Below, one piece after another: positions 25,456-34,769 of a DNA stretch of 34,937 bases. This DNA comes from a virus (taxonomy: Duplodnaviria > Heunggongvirae > Uroviricota > Caudoviricetes). The notes under the pieces are model-generated. The model was not told where the DNA came from and did not search any database. It was given only the letters and a program-made list of their open reading frames with translations. Every line of letters starts with the position of its first letter. Within the stretch, counting starts at the first letter, position 1. The position numbers and the translations under genes are program-made. Location: IMG/VR virus record IMGVR_UViG_2571042690_000022, one strand, 5' to 3'.

Positions 25456-28407
25456 ATGTCGGGACAGTTTTCAGTCGGCGTTGTTATCGGCGGGATGATT
25501 GGCAGCACATTCCGTTCTGCAATGAGCGGTACCCGCCGTGCGCTTGATTCCCTGAGCGATACCTCACGCCGCCTGCAGGAACGTCAGAACGCTTTAACCC
25601 GTGCAACAGAACGTTATGGTCAACTGGGTTCTTCCCGGATGCAGCATCTCAACAGCGAGCTGCTGCGGGTAAGCCGCACCATGGAGCAAATTGAGCGCCA
25701 GCAGCGCCGTCTGTCAGCGGCATCCGCTACCAGTGATGCGCTGAAAGCTAACCGCATGGCGCTGTATGGTCAGGGGATTGAAGCGTATGGCATGGCACAG
25801 ACTGTTTATCATACGGTTTCCCCTGCCGTTCAGCAGTCCATGTCTTTTCAGGACAAAATGATTGATATGTCGATCACCGCAAAATATGACAATAAAACGC
25901 GGGATGCACTTGCCGGACAGATAAAAGGCTGGGCGCTTAAATACAATCAGTATCAGGATGAGCTGCAGGAGGCGATGGGTTCACTCATCAGCGACAATAT
26001 TGATAATGTGTCAGATATCGGTTTTCTGATGCCGGATATTGCCCGCGCGGCAACGGCAACACGCACGTCTGCTCAGGACTGGGCAAAAGTGGCCGCAGTC
26101 TGGCAAAACTCCCTGAAAGGCGCGGCCAGAGATTTTGGTGCCGTTCAGAATATTATGGCTTATGCCGGTGACCAGGGGTCATTTGAAATCCCGGATCAGG
26201 TCAAGTGGATGCAGTCCCTGGCCCCAATGATGGCGGGTATTGCCAGTGGAAAAGAGGCTGTTGCTGAAATCGGGGCCAGTCTCCAGATAGCAAAAATCGG
26301 TGCAGGTTCCACCGACGAAGCAGCCAATAATTTTAAAAACTTTCTTACCAAAATTTTTGCCCGCGATACTCAGAAACAGTTTGCTGATCTGGGTATTGAT
26401 TTGCAGGGATCTATTGCGAGTTATAAAGCTGCGGGGATCTCTCCGATTGAAGGGATGTTGAGTGTTATAGAACGTTACCTCAATGCCAAAAGCCCCGAAG
26501 CGCTGGCCGGCTTCAAATCAGCCATGAAAATAAAGAATGATACGGCAAGAGATGAGGCACTTCAGGCTCTGGCGAAAAACTTTGGTCTGGGCGATATGTT
26601 CGCGGATATGCAGGTCATGGCATTTATCCGCCCGATGCTGGCCAACATGGACAGATATCGAGAGATCCGTGCCGGTGCTCTCAGGGCTGCGGATAACGAT
26701 TTGCTTGCCAGTGCTTATGATCAGCGGCTGAAATCTCCCCTTGAAGCCACTAAAACACTTATGGTCAGCAGTCGCGATCTGGCAATTACGCTGGGCGATC
26801 AATTAGCTCCATCTTTTATTTCTCTGACTCAGGACTTGCTCCCACTCATTCAGGGGACAAAACACTGGGTGGCGACTCACCCGCAATTTGTCAGTGGGGC
26901 TTTTAAGCTCATCAGTGCGCTCCTTGCGATTAAGATAGCGACTGTTGGTCTCAAACTGGGGCTGAATCTCCTTATTTCCCCCTTTGTGAACGTCTGGAAA
27001 ACTGCTGTTTTACTCCGGACCAACTGGCATCGACTGACTACCGCACTCGGAGAAGGTGGCAAATTACGCTGGCTTGTCACTGGATTCAGCCGACTGACCA
27101 GCGGAGGACTGAAACTCAGCAAAGTTCTGGCGGGCAGCCTCGTTCGCGGTTTTATGAGCGCTGCACGTGCCGTTCTCTGGATTGGGCGAGCGCTGATGAT
27201 GAATCCCATCGGTCTCGTTATCACCGCTGTCGCGGCAGCAGCTTACCTTATCTACCGCAACTGGGGGGCAGTCAGTGGCTGGTTTAAACAGCGCTGGGCT
27301 GACATTCAGGAAGCCTTTAACGGCGGTATCGCGGGAACTGGTAAGCTGCTGATTAACTGGTCGCCGGCAGGCCTGCTCTATAAAGCCTTTGCGGCTGCGC
27401 TGAAATATTTCGGCGTTACTCTGCCGGCAAAGTTCACCGACTTCGGTGGCCATCTTATCGACGGTTTGATTAACGGTATCAAAAACAAATGGGGGTCGCT
27501 CAAATCCAGTGTAACCGGAATGGGTGACAGCATCAGTAGCTGGTTTAAACAATGCTGGGCTGACATTCAGGAAGCCTTTAACGGCGGTATCGCGGGAACT
27601 GGTAAGCTGCTGATTAACTGGTCGCCGGCAGGTCTGCTCTATAAAGCCTTTGCAGCTGCGCTGAAATATCTTGGTGTTGATCTGCCGGCAAAGTTTACCG
27701 ACTTCGGTGGCCATCTTGTCGATGGTCTGATTAACGGTATCAAAAACAAATGGGAGTCGCTCAAATCCAGTGTAACCGGAATGGGCGACAGCATCAGTGG
27801 CTGGTTCAGCGAAAAGCTGGGCATTCATTCGCCGAGCCGCGTGTTTATGGGCTTTGGTGACAATATCGCGCAGGGGGCCGCCATTGGCCTGCAGCGGACC
27901 ACTCCGCTTGCAGCTCTGGCCGGGCAGCGAATGGCCAGTGAACTGCTCCCCAGAATGCCCGTGAGCATTCAGGGGCCAGAAATACGGGATAACACTTCAG
28001 GTGTTCGCTTCAGTATGCCGTTGCCCGATATCAATGGGTTTATGTCGTCTGCTAAAAATGCGATCGGAGCCGTAATCAATAGTTTGTCTTCCATGCCCGC
28101 TATTCCGCTCTCCACCCGGGCATCGATTTTACCAGGGCAACGTCTGGCAAATGAGATGACACCGGATGTTCCCCGTATCCCCTCGCCTGAAATCCTGGCT
28201 GCCGGATATTCAGGCCGTGGTGCAGCTGCAACCGGCGGTGGAACGTCTGGTGGTATCCAGGTCAGCTTTAATCCTCAGTTTTTCCTCAATGGCAGGGAAA
28301 CCACAGCGCCTGCAGGACTGACTGGTGCCCTGAATATGAGTCTGCATGAGCTGGAAAAAATGCTGGAGCGTCTGCTGGCTCAGAAACAACGTAAGGAGTA
28401 CCGCTGA
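25456..28407 (+). CDS. tail tape measure protein
   Basis: 983 aa, largest gene; helical/Ala-rich composition; position after the chaperone pair; contains an internal 87-aa tandem duplication. Confidence 0.85.
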   Translation: MSGQFSVGVVIGGMIGSTFRSAMSGTRRALDSLSDTSRRLQERQNALTRATERYGQLGSSRMQHLNSELLRVSRTMEQIERQQRRLSAASATSDALKANRMALYGQGIEAYGMAQTVYHTVSPAVQQSMSFQDKMIDMSITAKYDNKTRDALAGQIKGWALKYNQYQDELQEAMGSLISDNIDNVSDIGFLMPDIARAATATRTSAQDWAKVAAVWQNSLKGAARDFGAVQNIMAYAGDQGSFEIPDQVKWMQSLAPMMAGIASGKEAVAEIGASLQIAKIGAGSTDEAANNFKNFLTKIFARDTQKQFADLGIDLQGSIASYKAAGISPIEGMLSVIERYLNAKSPEALAGFKSAMKIKNDTARDEALQALAKNFGLGDMFADMQVMAFIRPMLANMDRYREIRAGALRAADNDLLASAYDQRLKSPLEATKTLMVSSRDLAITLGDQLAPSFISLTQDLLPLIQGTKHWVATHPQFVSGAFKLISALLAIKIATVGLKLGLNLLISPFVNVWKTAVLLRTNWHRLTTALGEGGKLRWLVTGFSRLTSGGLKLSKVLAGSLVRGFMSAARAVLWIGRALMMNPIGLVITAVAAAAYLIYRNWGAVSGWFKQRWADIQEAFNGGIAGTGKLLINWSPAGLLYKAFAAALKYFGVTLPAKFTDFGGHLIDGLINGIKNKWGSLKSSVTGMGDSISSWFKQCWADIQEAFNGGIAGTGKLLINWSPAGLLYKAFAAALKYLGVDLPAKFTDFGGHLVDGLINGIKNKWESLKSSVTGMGDSISGWFSEKLGIHSPSRVFMGFGDNIAQGAAIGLQRTTPLAALAGQRMASELLPRMPVSIQGPEIRDNTSGVRFSMPLPDINGFMSSAKNAIGAVINSLSSMPAIPLSTRASILPGQRLANEMTPDVPRIPSPEILAAGYSGRGAAATGGGTSGGIQVSFNPQFFLNGRETTAPAGLTGALNMSLHELEKMLERLLAQKQRKEYR
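27273..27806 (+). repeat. near-perfect 261-bp in-frame tandem duplication inside the tape measure gene
   Basis: Unit beginning ...GCTGGTTTAAACA recurs with 261-nt offset (27301 vs 27562), a handful of mismatches; protein WFKQ(R/C)WADIQEAFNGGIAGTGKLLINWSPAGLLYKAFAAALKY... repeated. Confidence 0.85.
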
Positions 28408-29291
28408 TGTTTGCCGTACTGGGTGATATTGAGTTTGAGCTGATTACCTACTGGGACGGCTTCGAGGCCACGTTCGGCGTCGATTATGCGGAGCATGCCC
28501 GCATCGGGGGTAAGCCTGGTCTGCAGTTCGTCGGCGACAGGCTGGACGAAATCCAGATAACTCTGGTTTTCCATCAGCATTATTGTGTACCCGATGTGGA
28601 GCTGGCGAGACTGCGAACAGCCATGAAAGCCCATCAGGCACTGGCGCTGGTCTTCGGCAACGGTGACTATCGCGGCTGGTTCGTGATCACCGATGTGACT
28701 GCAACCAGCGAGCAGACTGACAGTACCGGCAACGTGCTGGCTGTCAGTGCCACCGTGTCTCTCCGGGAATACACCGGTGACCCGAAAAATCCTCTGCAAC
28801 CACCGGCAATACGCACGAAGCTCCCGGGTGTCGGGGCGGTCTCCGGTGCCATACCTTCACCTTCAGGGGTGGCGCAGTTCATCCGCAACGGCGTCAACTA
28901 TGCGAAACAGGCGCAGTCTGTACTCCAGACCACTATCAGCGCCGTTCGGGTGACACAGAAAATGAAGGATAACCCCGTTGTCGCACTGACCCGTGTGCCG
29001 GGGCTGATGAGCGGACTGGGTAATATCTCCGGGGCTCTGGGGAAAAGTGTTCCGGCGTTTAACGCACTCTCTGAATCCATGCCCGATGCCATCAGTCTGG
29101 CCAGAACAGCCAGCGAAGCAGCCACGTATGTACAGCAGGCACAGTCTGCGCTGAGTGGTGTGGACAAAAGAAATATTGCAGGTGCTCTGGATACCGTTTC
29201 CGGGCAGCTTAACGCCGTCGGCACAGCATTCAACCGCATGTCTCCGGGATTAAGTGCAATGGCCGCCAGAATACTGACGAGGAGTGTGTGA
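28407..29291 (+). CDS. tail protein (Mu N / DNA circularisation protein-like, short form)
   Basis: 294 aa immediately after tape measure; N-terminus MFAVLGDIEFE typical of this position in Mu/P2-type tails; assignment by synteny. Confidence 0.55.
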   Translation: MFAVLGDIEFELITYWDGFEATFGVDYAEHARIGGKPGLQFVGDRLDEIQITLVFHQHYCVPDVELARLRTAMKAHQALALVFGNGDYRGWFVITDVTATSEQTDSTGNVLAVSATVSLREYTGDPKNPLQPPAIRTKLPGVGAVSGAIPSPSGVAQFIRNGVNYAKQAQSVLQTTISAVRVTQKMKDNPVVALTRVPGLMSGLGNISGALGKSVPAFNALSESMPDAISLARTASEAATYVQQAQSALSGVDKRNIAGALDTVSGQLNAVGTAFNRMSPGLSAMAARILTRSV

Positions 29292-29503
29292 TGTTTCTTG
29301 AACATGTTACCCGTGACGGAGAGCGCTGGGATTCGCTGGCATGGCAGTACTACGGTGACCCGCTGGGCTATCCCCGGATTATTGCCGCCAATCCGCACGT
29401 GGCCATCACGCCGGTGCTGCCCTCCGGGCTGTTGTTACTGATCCCGGTGATTGAGGCTGAAGAAGCCCGTACAGAAGAGGATATTGCCCCATGGCTGAGA
29501 TAA
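29288..29503 (+). CDS. tail protein X-like (LysM-like)
   Basis: 71 aa; WQYYGDP...IIAANPHV...LPSGLLLLIP pattern resembles P2 gpX-type proteins (recollection). Confidence 0.55.
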   Translation: MMFLEHVTRDGERWDSLAWQYYGDPLGYPRIIAANPHVAITPVLPSGLLLLIPVIEAEEARTEEDIAPWLR

Positions 29504-30645
29504 ACAGCACTGCGCAAGTCACATCAGCGTTAACCGGCGTCAGCGATGTGCTGACACCGGTGTTCACTCTGTGGTATCTGCAGAAAAACATCACCTCTGA
29601 TATCGCGCCTTATGTCACCCGTGTGACCTGGAGCGATAACATCAAAAATGAGTCCGATACCATTGAGGTGGAGCTGGACGACACCGATGGCCGCTGGCTG
29701 GATAAATGGTATCCGGGCAAGGGTGACACGCTGACGCTGAAAATGGGCTATCAGGGCGAGAAGCTGCTGTCCTGCGGTACGTTCTCTATAGACGAGATCG
29801 AAGTGAGTTCGCCCGCTTCCGTTGTTTCTATCCGTGGGGTGGCCACCTCGGTTAACAGTGCCCTGCGGACTAAAACCAGTCGTGGTTTTGAGAACACCAC
29901 GCTGGCAGCTGTTGCGGGGCGGATTGCCAGAAAGCACCGGCTGAAACTGGTGGGCAGCATTGAGTCCATCAGAATCGACCGGGTGACCCAGTATGCTGAA
30001 ACCGACGTGGGTTTTCTGCGCCGGCTGGCCAGCGAGTATGGTTATGCAGTGAAAGTGGTCAGTGACCAGCTGATTTTTTCTCATCTGGCCACACTGCGCA
30101 GTCAGGAGCCGGTCAGGCAGTTAAAACCGCAGGATGTGGCCCGCTTTTCCCTGCGTGACACCATCAACCGGGTCTATAAATCTGCAAAGGTAAAACACCA
30201 GAAAAGCAGCAGTAAAAAACTGATCGTCTACGAAGCTGATGGTGGTACCCGTGAAAGCGACAAAAAGCTCAAAGGTGGTAAGGTTACCAGCGCTGACTCA
30301 CTTAAAGTTAACAGCCGCGTCAGCGACCCGGACAGTGCCCGGATTAAAGCGGATTCAGCACTGGCCAGACATAACGAATACCAGCAGAACGGCTCCCTGA
30401 CGCTGACGGGAACACCTCAACTGACAGCAGGCAACAAAATTGAACTGGTGAGTTTTGGGCAGTTATCCGGGCCATGGCTCATAACCACTGCCCGCCATGC
30501 GTTTGACCGTAACAGCGGCTACACCACAGAGCTGGAAGTGGCACGGGGGCCAGTCACAAGAGGGAAAAAACAAAAAACTCAGAAACTCACGGTTTATCAC
30601 CCGGATGGCAGTACATCGACGGTGATTAAGGAGAAGAAAAAATGA
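29491..30645 (+). CDS. baseplate hub protein (gpD-like / Mu P-like)
   Basis: 384 aa; synteny before the spike protein. Confidence 0.65.
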   Translation: MAEINSTAQVTSALTGVSDVLTPVFTLWYLQKNITSDIAPYVTRVTWSDNIKNESDTIEVELDDTDGRWLDKWYPGKGDTLTLKMGYQGEKLLSCGTFSIDEIEVSSPASVVSIRGVATSVNSALRTKTSRGFENTTLAAVAGRIARKHRLKLVGSIESIRIDRVTQYAETDVGFLRRLASEYGYAVKVVSDQLIFSHLATLRSQEPVRQLKPQDVARFSLRDTINRVYKSAKVKHQKSSSKKLIVYEADGGTRESDKKLKGGKVTSADSLKVNSRVSDPDSARIKADSALARHNEYQQNGSLTLTGTPQLTAGNKIELVSFGQLSGPWLITTARHAFDRNSGYTTELEVARGPVTRGKKQKTQKLTVYHPDGSTSTVIKEKKK

Positions 30646-31238
30646 CTGGTGTCACTCGTCAGGTCGGTACGGTCAGTGCCGTTGATGCCGACAGGGTTCA
30701 GGCCCGCGTTCGTCTGCCTGAATGCGATAACCTGCGCACAAACTGGCTTAACGTGCTGCAGCGCAATACCCAGGATAACAAAGATTACTGGCTCCCTGAC
30801 GTGGGGGAGCAGGTTGAGGTGCTGCTCGATGCCAACGGCGAGGATGGTGTTATTCTGGGCGCGGTGTATTCAGACGTCGATAAACCACCGTTCAGTGACA
30901 AAAATATCCGGGGAACCCGGTTTGCTGATGGTGCAGAGTACAGCTACAACCGGAAGACGCACACTCTGATCATCCGGGGCGGCATTGAGCATATTGTCAT
31001 TGAGTGTGGTGCTGATGTGGTATTGAAAACACAGAAAGCCACGATTGACGCACCGGAAACCGAACTTACCGGAGATCTGCGTGTCAGGGGTAAGCTGATT
31101 TACGAAGGAGGCATGGCGGGTTCTGGTGGTGAAGGTGTTACCGCGACCATCCATGGCAATATCGAGATTAAAGGGAATGTCCATGCCACGGGCAGTATGT
31201 TGTCTGATGGCGAAAACTCCAGCCACCACTCCCACTGA
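30642..31238 (+). CDS. baseplate spike / assembly protein V-like (Mu gp45-like)
   Basis: 198 aa; position and size typical of gpV-type spike; C-terminal Gly-rich region. Confidence 0.65.
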   Translation: MTGVTRQVGTVSAVDADRVQARVRLPECDNLRTNWLNVLQRNTQDNKDYWLPDVGEQVEVLLDANGEDGVILGAVYSDVDKPPFSDKNIRGTRFADGAEYSYNRKTHTLIIRGGIEHIVIECGADVVLKTQKATIDAPETELTGDLRVRGKLIYEGGMAGSGGEGVTATIHGNIEIKGNVHATGSMLSDGENSSHHSH

Positions 31239-31243
31239 GCTTT

Positions 31244-31261
31244 TTAAACGCCTTTAATATC
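31244..31261 (+). promoter_or_regulatory. late-promoter motif copy 4 (TTAAACGCCTTTAATATC) upstream of baseplate genes
   Basis: Fourth copy of TTAA-N6-TTAAWATC, 32 nt before ATG 31293; followed by the hairpin at 31275-31292. Confidence 0.4.
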
Positions 31262-31292
31262 AGCGTTCCCGCACGGGGGCAATACTGCCCCC

Positions 31293-31640
31293 ATGAAAAC
31301 AACCTCAGTATTCTGGCAACCAGCCCTGCAGGCTCCCGGCGAAATTGTCCGGGGGCTGGATGATATCCGGCAGGCGATTCAAATTATCCTGCGGACTCCC
31401 CGCGGCAGCGACCCGCATCGCCCGGAGTTCGGCAGCAATCTGCATCTTTATATCGACTGGCCTGTAGACCGGGCCATTCCGCATGTGGTGCGCGAATCCG
31501 TCGATGCCATCCGGCGCTGGGAGCCCCGCTGCCAGCTTATGTCAGTTAAACCCGCCGTCGACGGCGAACATCTTACGCTCCGGGTGAGCTGGAAAGGCTC
31601 AGACGGACAGACCCGGACTCAGGAGCTGCTATGGCGCTGA
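31293..31640 (+). CDS. baseplate protein (GPW/gp25-like, Mu gp46-like)
   Basis: 115 aa; size and position before the J-like gene typical of the gpW/gp25 wedge protein. Confidence 0.7.
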   Translation: MKTTSVFWQPALQAPGEIVRGLDDIRQAIQIILRTPRGSDPHRPEFGSNLHLYIDWPVDRAIPHVVRESVDAIRRWEPRCQLMSVKPAVDGEHLTLRVSWKGSDGQTRTQELLWR

Positions 31641-32734
31641 CAGAACCCGATTTTATTGAACGCGATGCCGACAAAATCACGGCAGAAATGATTGCGAAGT
31701 ATGAAGCGGATACCGGCAAAACGCTGTACCCGGCACAGGCAGAACGTCTGCTGATTGATCTGTGGGCCTATCGCGAAATGCTGGTCAGGGTTGCGGTACA
31801 GGAGGCAGCAAAGCAGAATCTGGTCGCCTTTGCCCGTGAGCCGATGATTGATTACCTCGGTGAACTGGTCGGTGTATACCGTCTTGCCGCGCAGCCTGCC
31901 ACCACCACGCTCCAGTTCTCCGTAGATGAGGCACTGGCCATTGATGTGCTGATCCCGGCAGGCACCCGCGTCAGCGCTTCCGACAGCGTTATTTTTGCCA
32001 CCGATACAGATGTGGTACTGAAGGCCGGATTGCTGCTGGTCAATGTCACGGCCACCTGTACCGAACCCGGTACCGCTGGTAACGGCTGGCAACCTGCGCA
32101 GGTCAGTCAGTTACTCGATGAGATTGATAACGTTAACCTGCTGGTGAGCAATCTGATGGCCAGTTCCGGCGGTTCAGAACAGGAAGACGATGACAGGCTC
32201 CGGGAGCGTATCAGGCTGGCCCCGGAGTCATTCACCAATGCCGGAAGCCGTGGCGCATACCGCTTTCATGCCATGCAGGCCCATCCCAACATTGTCGATG
32301 TTGCTGTGCTTTCCCCGGTTCCCGGGACCGTAGATCTGTATCCGCTGCTCAGTACCGGTCTGCCGGACGGCGGTGTTCTCACGCTGGTAGAGAGTTTCTG
32401 CTCTGATGAGAAAGTCAGGCCACTCACTGATACAGTGCGGGCTAAAACACCAGTGAAGGTGGATTACACCATTGAAGCCAGGATTACGATCTATCGTGAT
32501 CAGGATGCCAGGTCTGTAAAAGATGCCGCTAACAGCGCCATACAGAACTGGGTGGCATCACGTGCCGCCACGCTGGGGCGCGATATTGTCCCCAGCCAGA
32601 TTATCAGTGCATTGTCCGTTTCCGGGGTGTACCAGGTTGAACTGGTGACACCGGCACTGCGGGTGGTGGCAGAAAACGAATGGGCAAACTGTACGGCAAT
32701 CACTCTTAACATGACTGGAGTGTCTGATGACTGA
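31631..32734 (+). CDS. baseplate J-like protein (Mu gp47-like)
   Basis: 367 aa; synteny W-J-I; coupled starts. Confidence 0.75.
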   Translation: MALTEPDFIERDADKITAEMIAKYEADTGKTLYPAQAERLLIDLWAYREMLVRVAVQEAAKQNLVAFAREPMIDYLGELVGVYRLAAQPATTTLQFSVDEALAIDVLIPAGTRVSASDSVIFATDTDVVLKAGLLLVNVTATCTEPGTAGNGWQPAQVSQLLDEIDNVNLLVSNLMASSGGSEQEDDDRLRERIRLAPESFTNAGSRGAYRFHAMQAHPNIVDVAVLSPVPGTVDLYPLLSTGLPDGGVLTLVESFCSDEKVRPLTDTVRAKTPVKVDYTIEARITIYRDQDARSVKDAANSAIQNWVASRAATLGRDIVPSQIISALSVSGVYQVELVTPALRVVAENEWANCTAITLNMTGVSDD

Positions 32735-33305
32735 GCCATTACAACTCCCGCCACCGCTTGAGGGTGATATCAGTCTCAGGACGCTGGGAAGACTGGCAGG
32801 ACGGCTGGATAACATCGACCTGAGCGTACTGATGGTCTTTCTCGTCGATATCGTCGACAGTTCCGCGCTGCCATGGCTGGGCGAGCAGTTCTCACTGTCT
32901 GGCGATGGCTGGGAGCTGGCGGAATCGGACGATGTTCGCCGCATGCTTATAAAAGCAGCCATCGAACTGCACCGGTATAAAGGGACGCCGTGGTCAATCC
33001 GGGAAGTTATCCGCCGTTTTGGCTTTGGTGAAGTGGATCTGATTGAAGGCACAGGTCGTCTCAGTTACGACGGCAATCGCAGCTATAACGGACTGTTTGT
33101 TCATGGAGATGCAGCCGCCTGGGCAGTTTATCGCGTTATTCTGAAACAGCCCATTACTAACGATCAGGCCGCGATGCTGCGTCAGACGCTGGCTGCATTT
33201 GCACCGGCCCGCTGCCATCTGGCCAGCCTGGAGTATCAGTCTGTGGCCATTCGCTATAACAATACCGCCATCCATGATGGCAGTTATAACCACGGGAGCA
33301 GTTGA
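32727..33305 (+). CDS. tail protein (P2 gpI-like / Mu gp48-like)
   Basis: 192 aa following the J-like gene and preceding the tail fiber. Confidence 0.6.
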   Translation: MTEPLQLPPPLEGDISLRTLGRLAGRLDNIDLSVLMVFLVDIVDSSALPWLGEQFSLSGDGWELAESDDVRRMLIKAAIELHRYKGTPWSIREVIRRFGFGEVDLIEGTGRLSYDGNRSYNGLFVHGDAAAWAVYRVILKQPITNDQAAMLRQTLAAFAPARCHLASLEYQSVAIRYNNTAIHDGSYNHGSS

Positions 33306-33514
33306 TTATGGGAAACCTGAATGAAACAGAAAAGTGGGAAGAAAATATCTATCAACTGGAGACATCAGATCCGGTTCTGGGTGGTGCAGACGGGATATCA
33401 AATCGAGCCCCCCGGCAACTGGCAAACAGGACGAAATGGCTGAAGAAGAAAACGGAGGAAGCCGCACAGTCACTGGCTGAACACGTACGTTCCCGTAACC
33501 ACCCGGACGCGACA

Positions 33515-33960
33515 CTGACAGCTAAGGGGTTCACCCAACTGAGCAGTGCCACCAACAGCACCTCTGAAACGCTGGCCGCCACACCAAAAGCGGTCAAGGC
33601 TGCATACGACCTGGCAGCCGGCAAGGCGCCTGCCAGCCACACTCACCCGTGGAGTCAGATAACGGGAGTGCCTGCGGCTTCACTGACGGCAAAAGGCACC
33701 GTACAACTGAGCAGCGCCACGGACAGTCAATCAGAAACTGAGGCTGCCACGCCGAAGGCGGTCAAGGCTGCATACGACCTTGCAGCCGGCAAGGCGCCCG
33801 TCAGCCACACTCACCCGTGGAGTCAGATAACGGGAGTGCCTGCTGCCTCGCTGACGGCAAAAGGCACCGTACAATTGAGCAGTGCCATCAACAGCACGTC
33901 TGAAATACTGGCCGCCACACCGAAAGCGGTCAAGGCTGCATACGATCTGGCAAACGGAAA
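33515..33960 (+). repeat. three tandem in-frame 168-bp (56-aa) repeats inside the tail fiber gene (approximate span)
   Basis: CTGAC(A/G)GC units begin at 33515, 33683 and 33851; protein repeat LTAKGxxQLSSAxxSxSExxAATPKAVKAAYDLAxGK, a typical phage tail fibre repeat. Confidence 0.7.
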
Positions 33961-34159
33961 ACAACCGGCAGATGCCACGCTCACTGCTCTGGCAGGACTT
34001 GCCACTGCAGCAGATCGGTTGCCTTATTTTACCGGAGCAGACCGCGCAGAGCTGGCAACCCTTACAGCTATTGGTCGCGCTATTATCGCTAAGGGCAGTA
34101 TAAAAGATGTCCTCAATTACCTTGGTTTAGGAGAAGGCTCGGCGCTACCCGTTGGTGTG

Positions 34160-34421
34160 CCTGTTCCGTGGCCCACCGCCACACCGCCAGCAGGCTGGTT
34201 AAAGTGCGACGGGCGCGCCTTTACAAAAGAACAATATCCTGTTCTGGCCAGAGTCTACCCGACCCTCCGTCTTCCCGATTTACGCGGTGACCTGTTCCGT
34301 GGCCCACCGCCACACCGCCAGCAGGCTGGTTAAAGTGCGACGGGCGCGCCTTTACAAAAGAACAATATCCTGTTCTGGCCAGAGTCTACCCGACCCTCCG
34401 TCTTCCCGATTTACGCGGTGA
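34160..34421 (+). repeat. perfect 131-bp direct tandem duplication (2 copies) within the tail fiber gene
   Basis: Copy 1 at 34160-34290 and copy 2 at 34291-34421 are identical by eye; 131 is not a multiple of 3. Confidence 0.85.
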
Positions 34422-34769
34422 GTTTATCCGTGGATGGGACGACGGGCGCAAAGTTGATACAGGACGTAAGTTGCTGTCCGCACAAGGGGCAACGCTGTTA
34501 AGAACAGCAATGCTGGATTATTATAACCAGGACACTACGGGAACCTCGGGGATAGTCGGCATGGGATTCAACAATGAAGATTCCATTACAGACCTTCGTG
34601 AGGGCAGCTTTAAAATGCCGGACGGGACAACATTCAGCGATCCTGTCGTGGCAATGTCAGACAATGGTATGCAGGCTACTATTCTGACCTCTATCAGAAG
34701 CGGGTATGCGAAGGGTATCACTGTCAGACCCCGTAGCATTGCACTTAATTACATTGTGAGGGCAGTTTA

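Noticed and set aside
27064-27828. 254-aa minus-strand ORF and two shorter ORFs antisense to the tape measure gene
   Set aside because: They coincide with the 261-bp tandem duplication and are a by-product of the repeated sequence.
33352-34005. Three minus-strand ORFs antisense to the tail fiber gene
   Set aside because: They overlap the 168-bp tail fibre repeats and repeat each other; artefacts of the repetitive coding sequence.
27273-34421. Possibility that the tandem repeats represent a CRISPR array
   Set aside because: The repeats are 131-261 bp, directly adjacent without spacers, and lie inside protein-coding genes; no cas genes are present.
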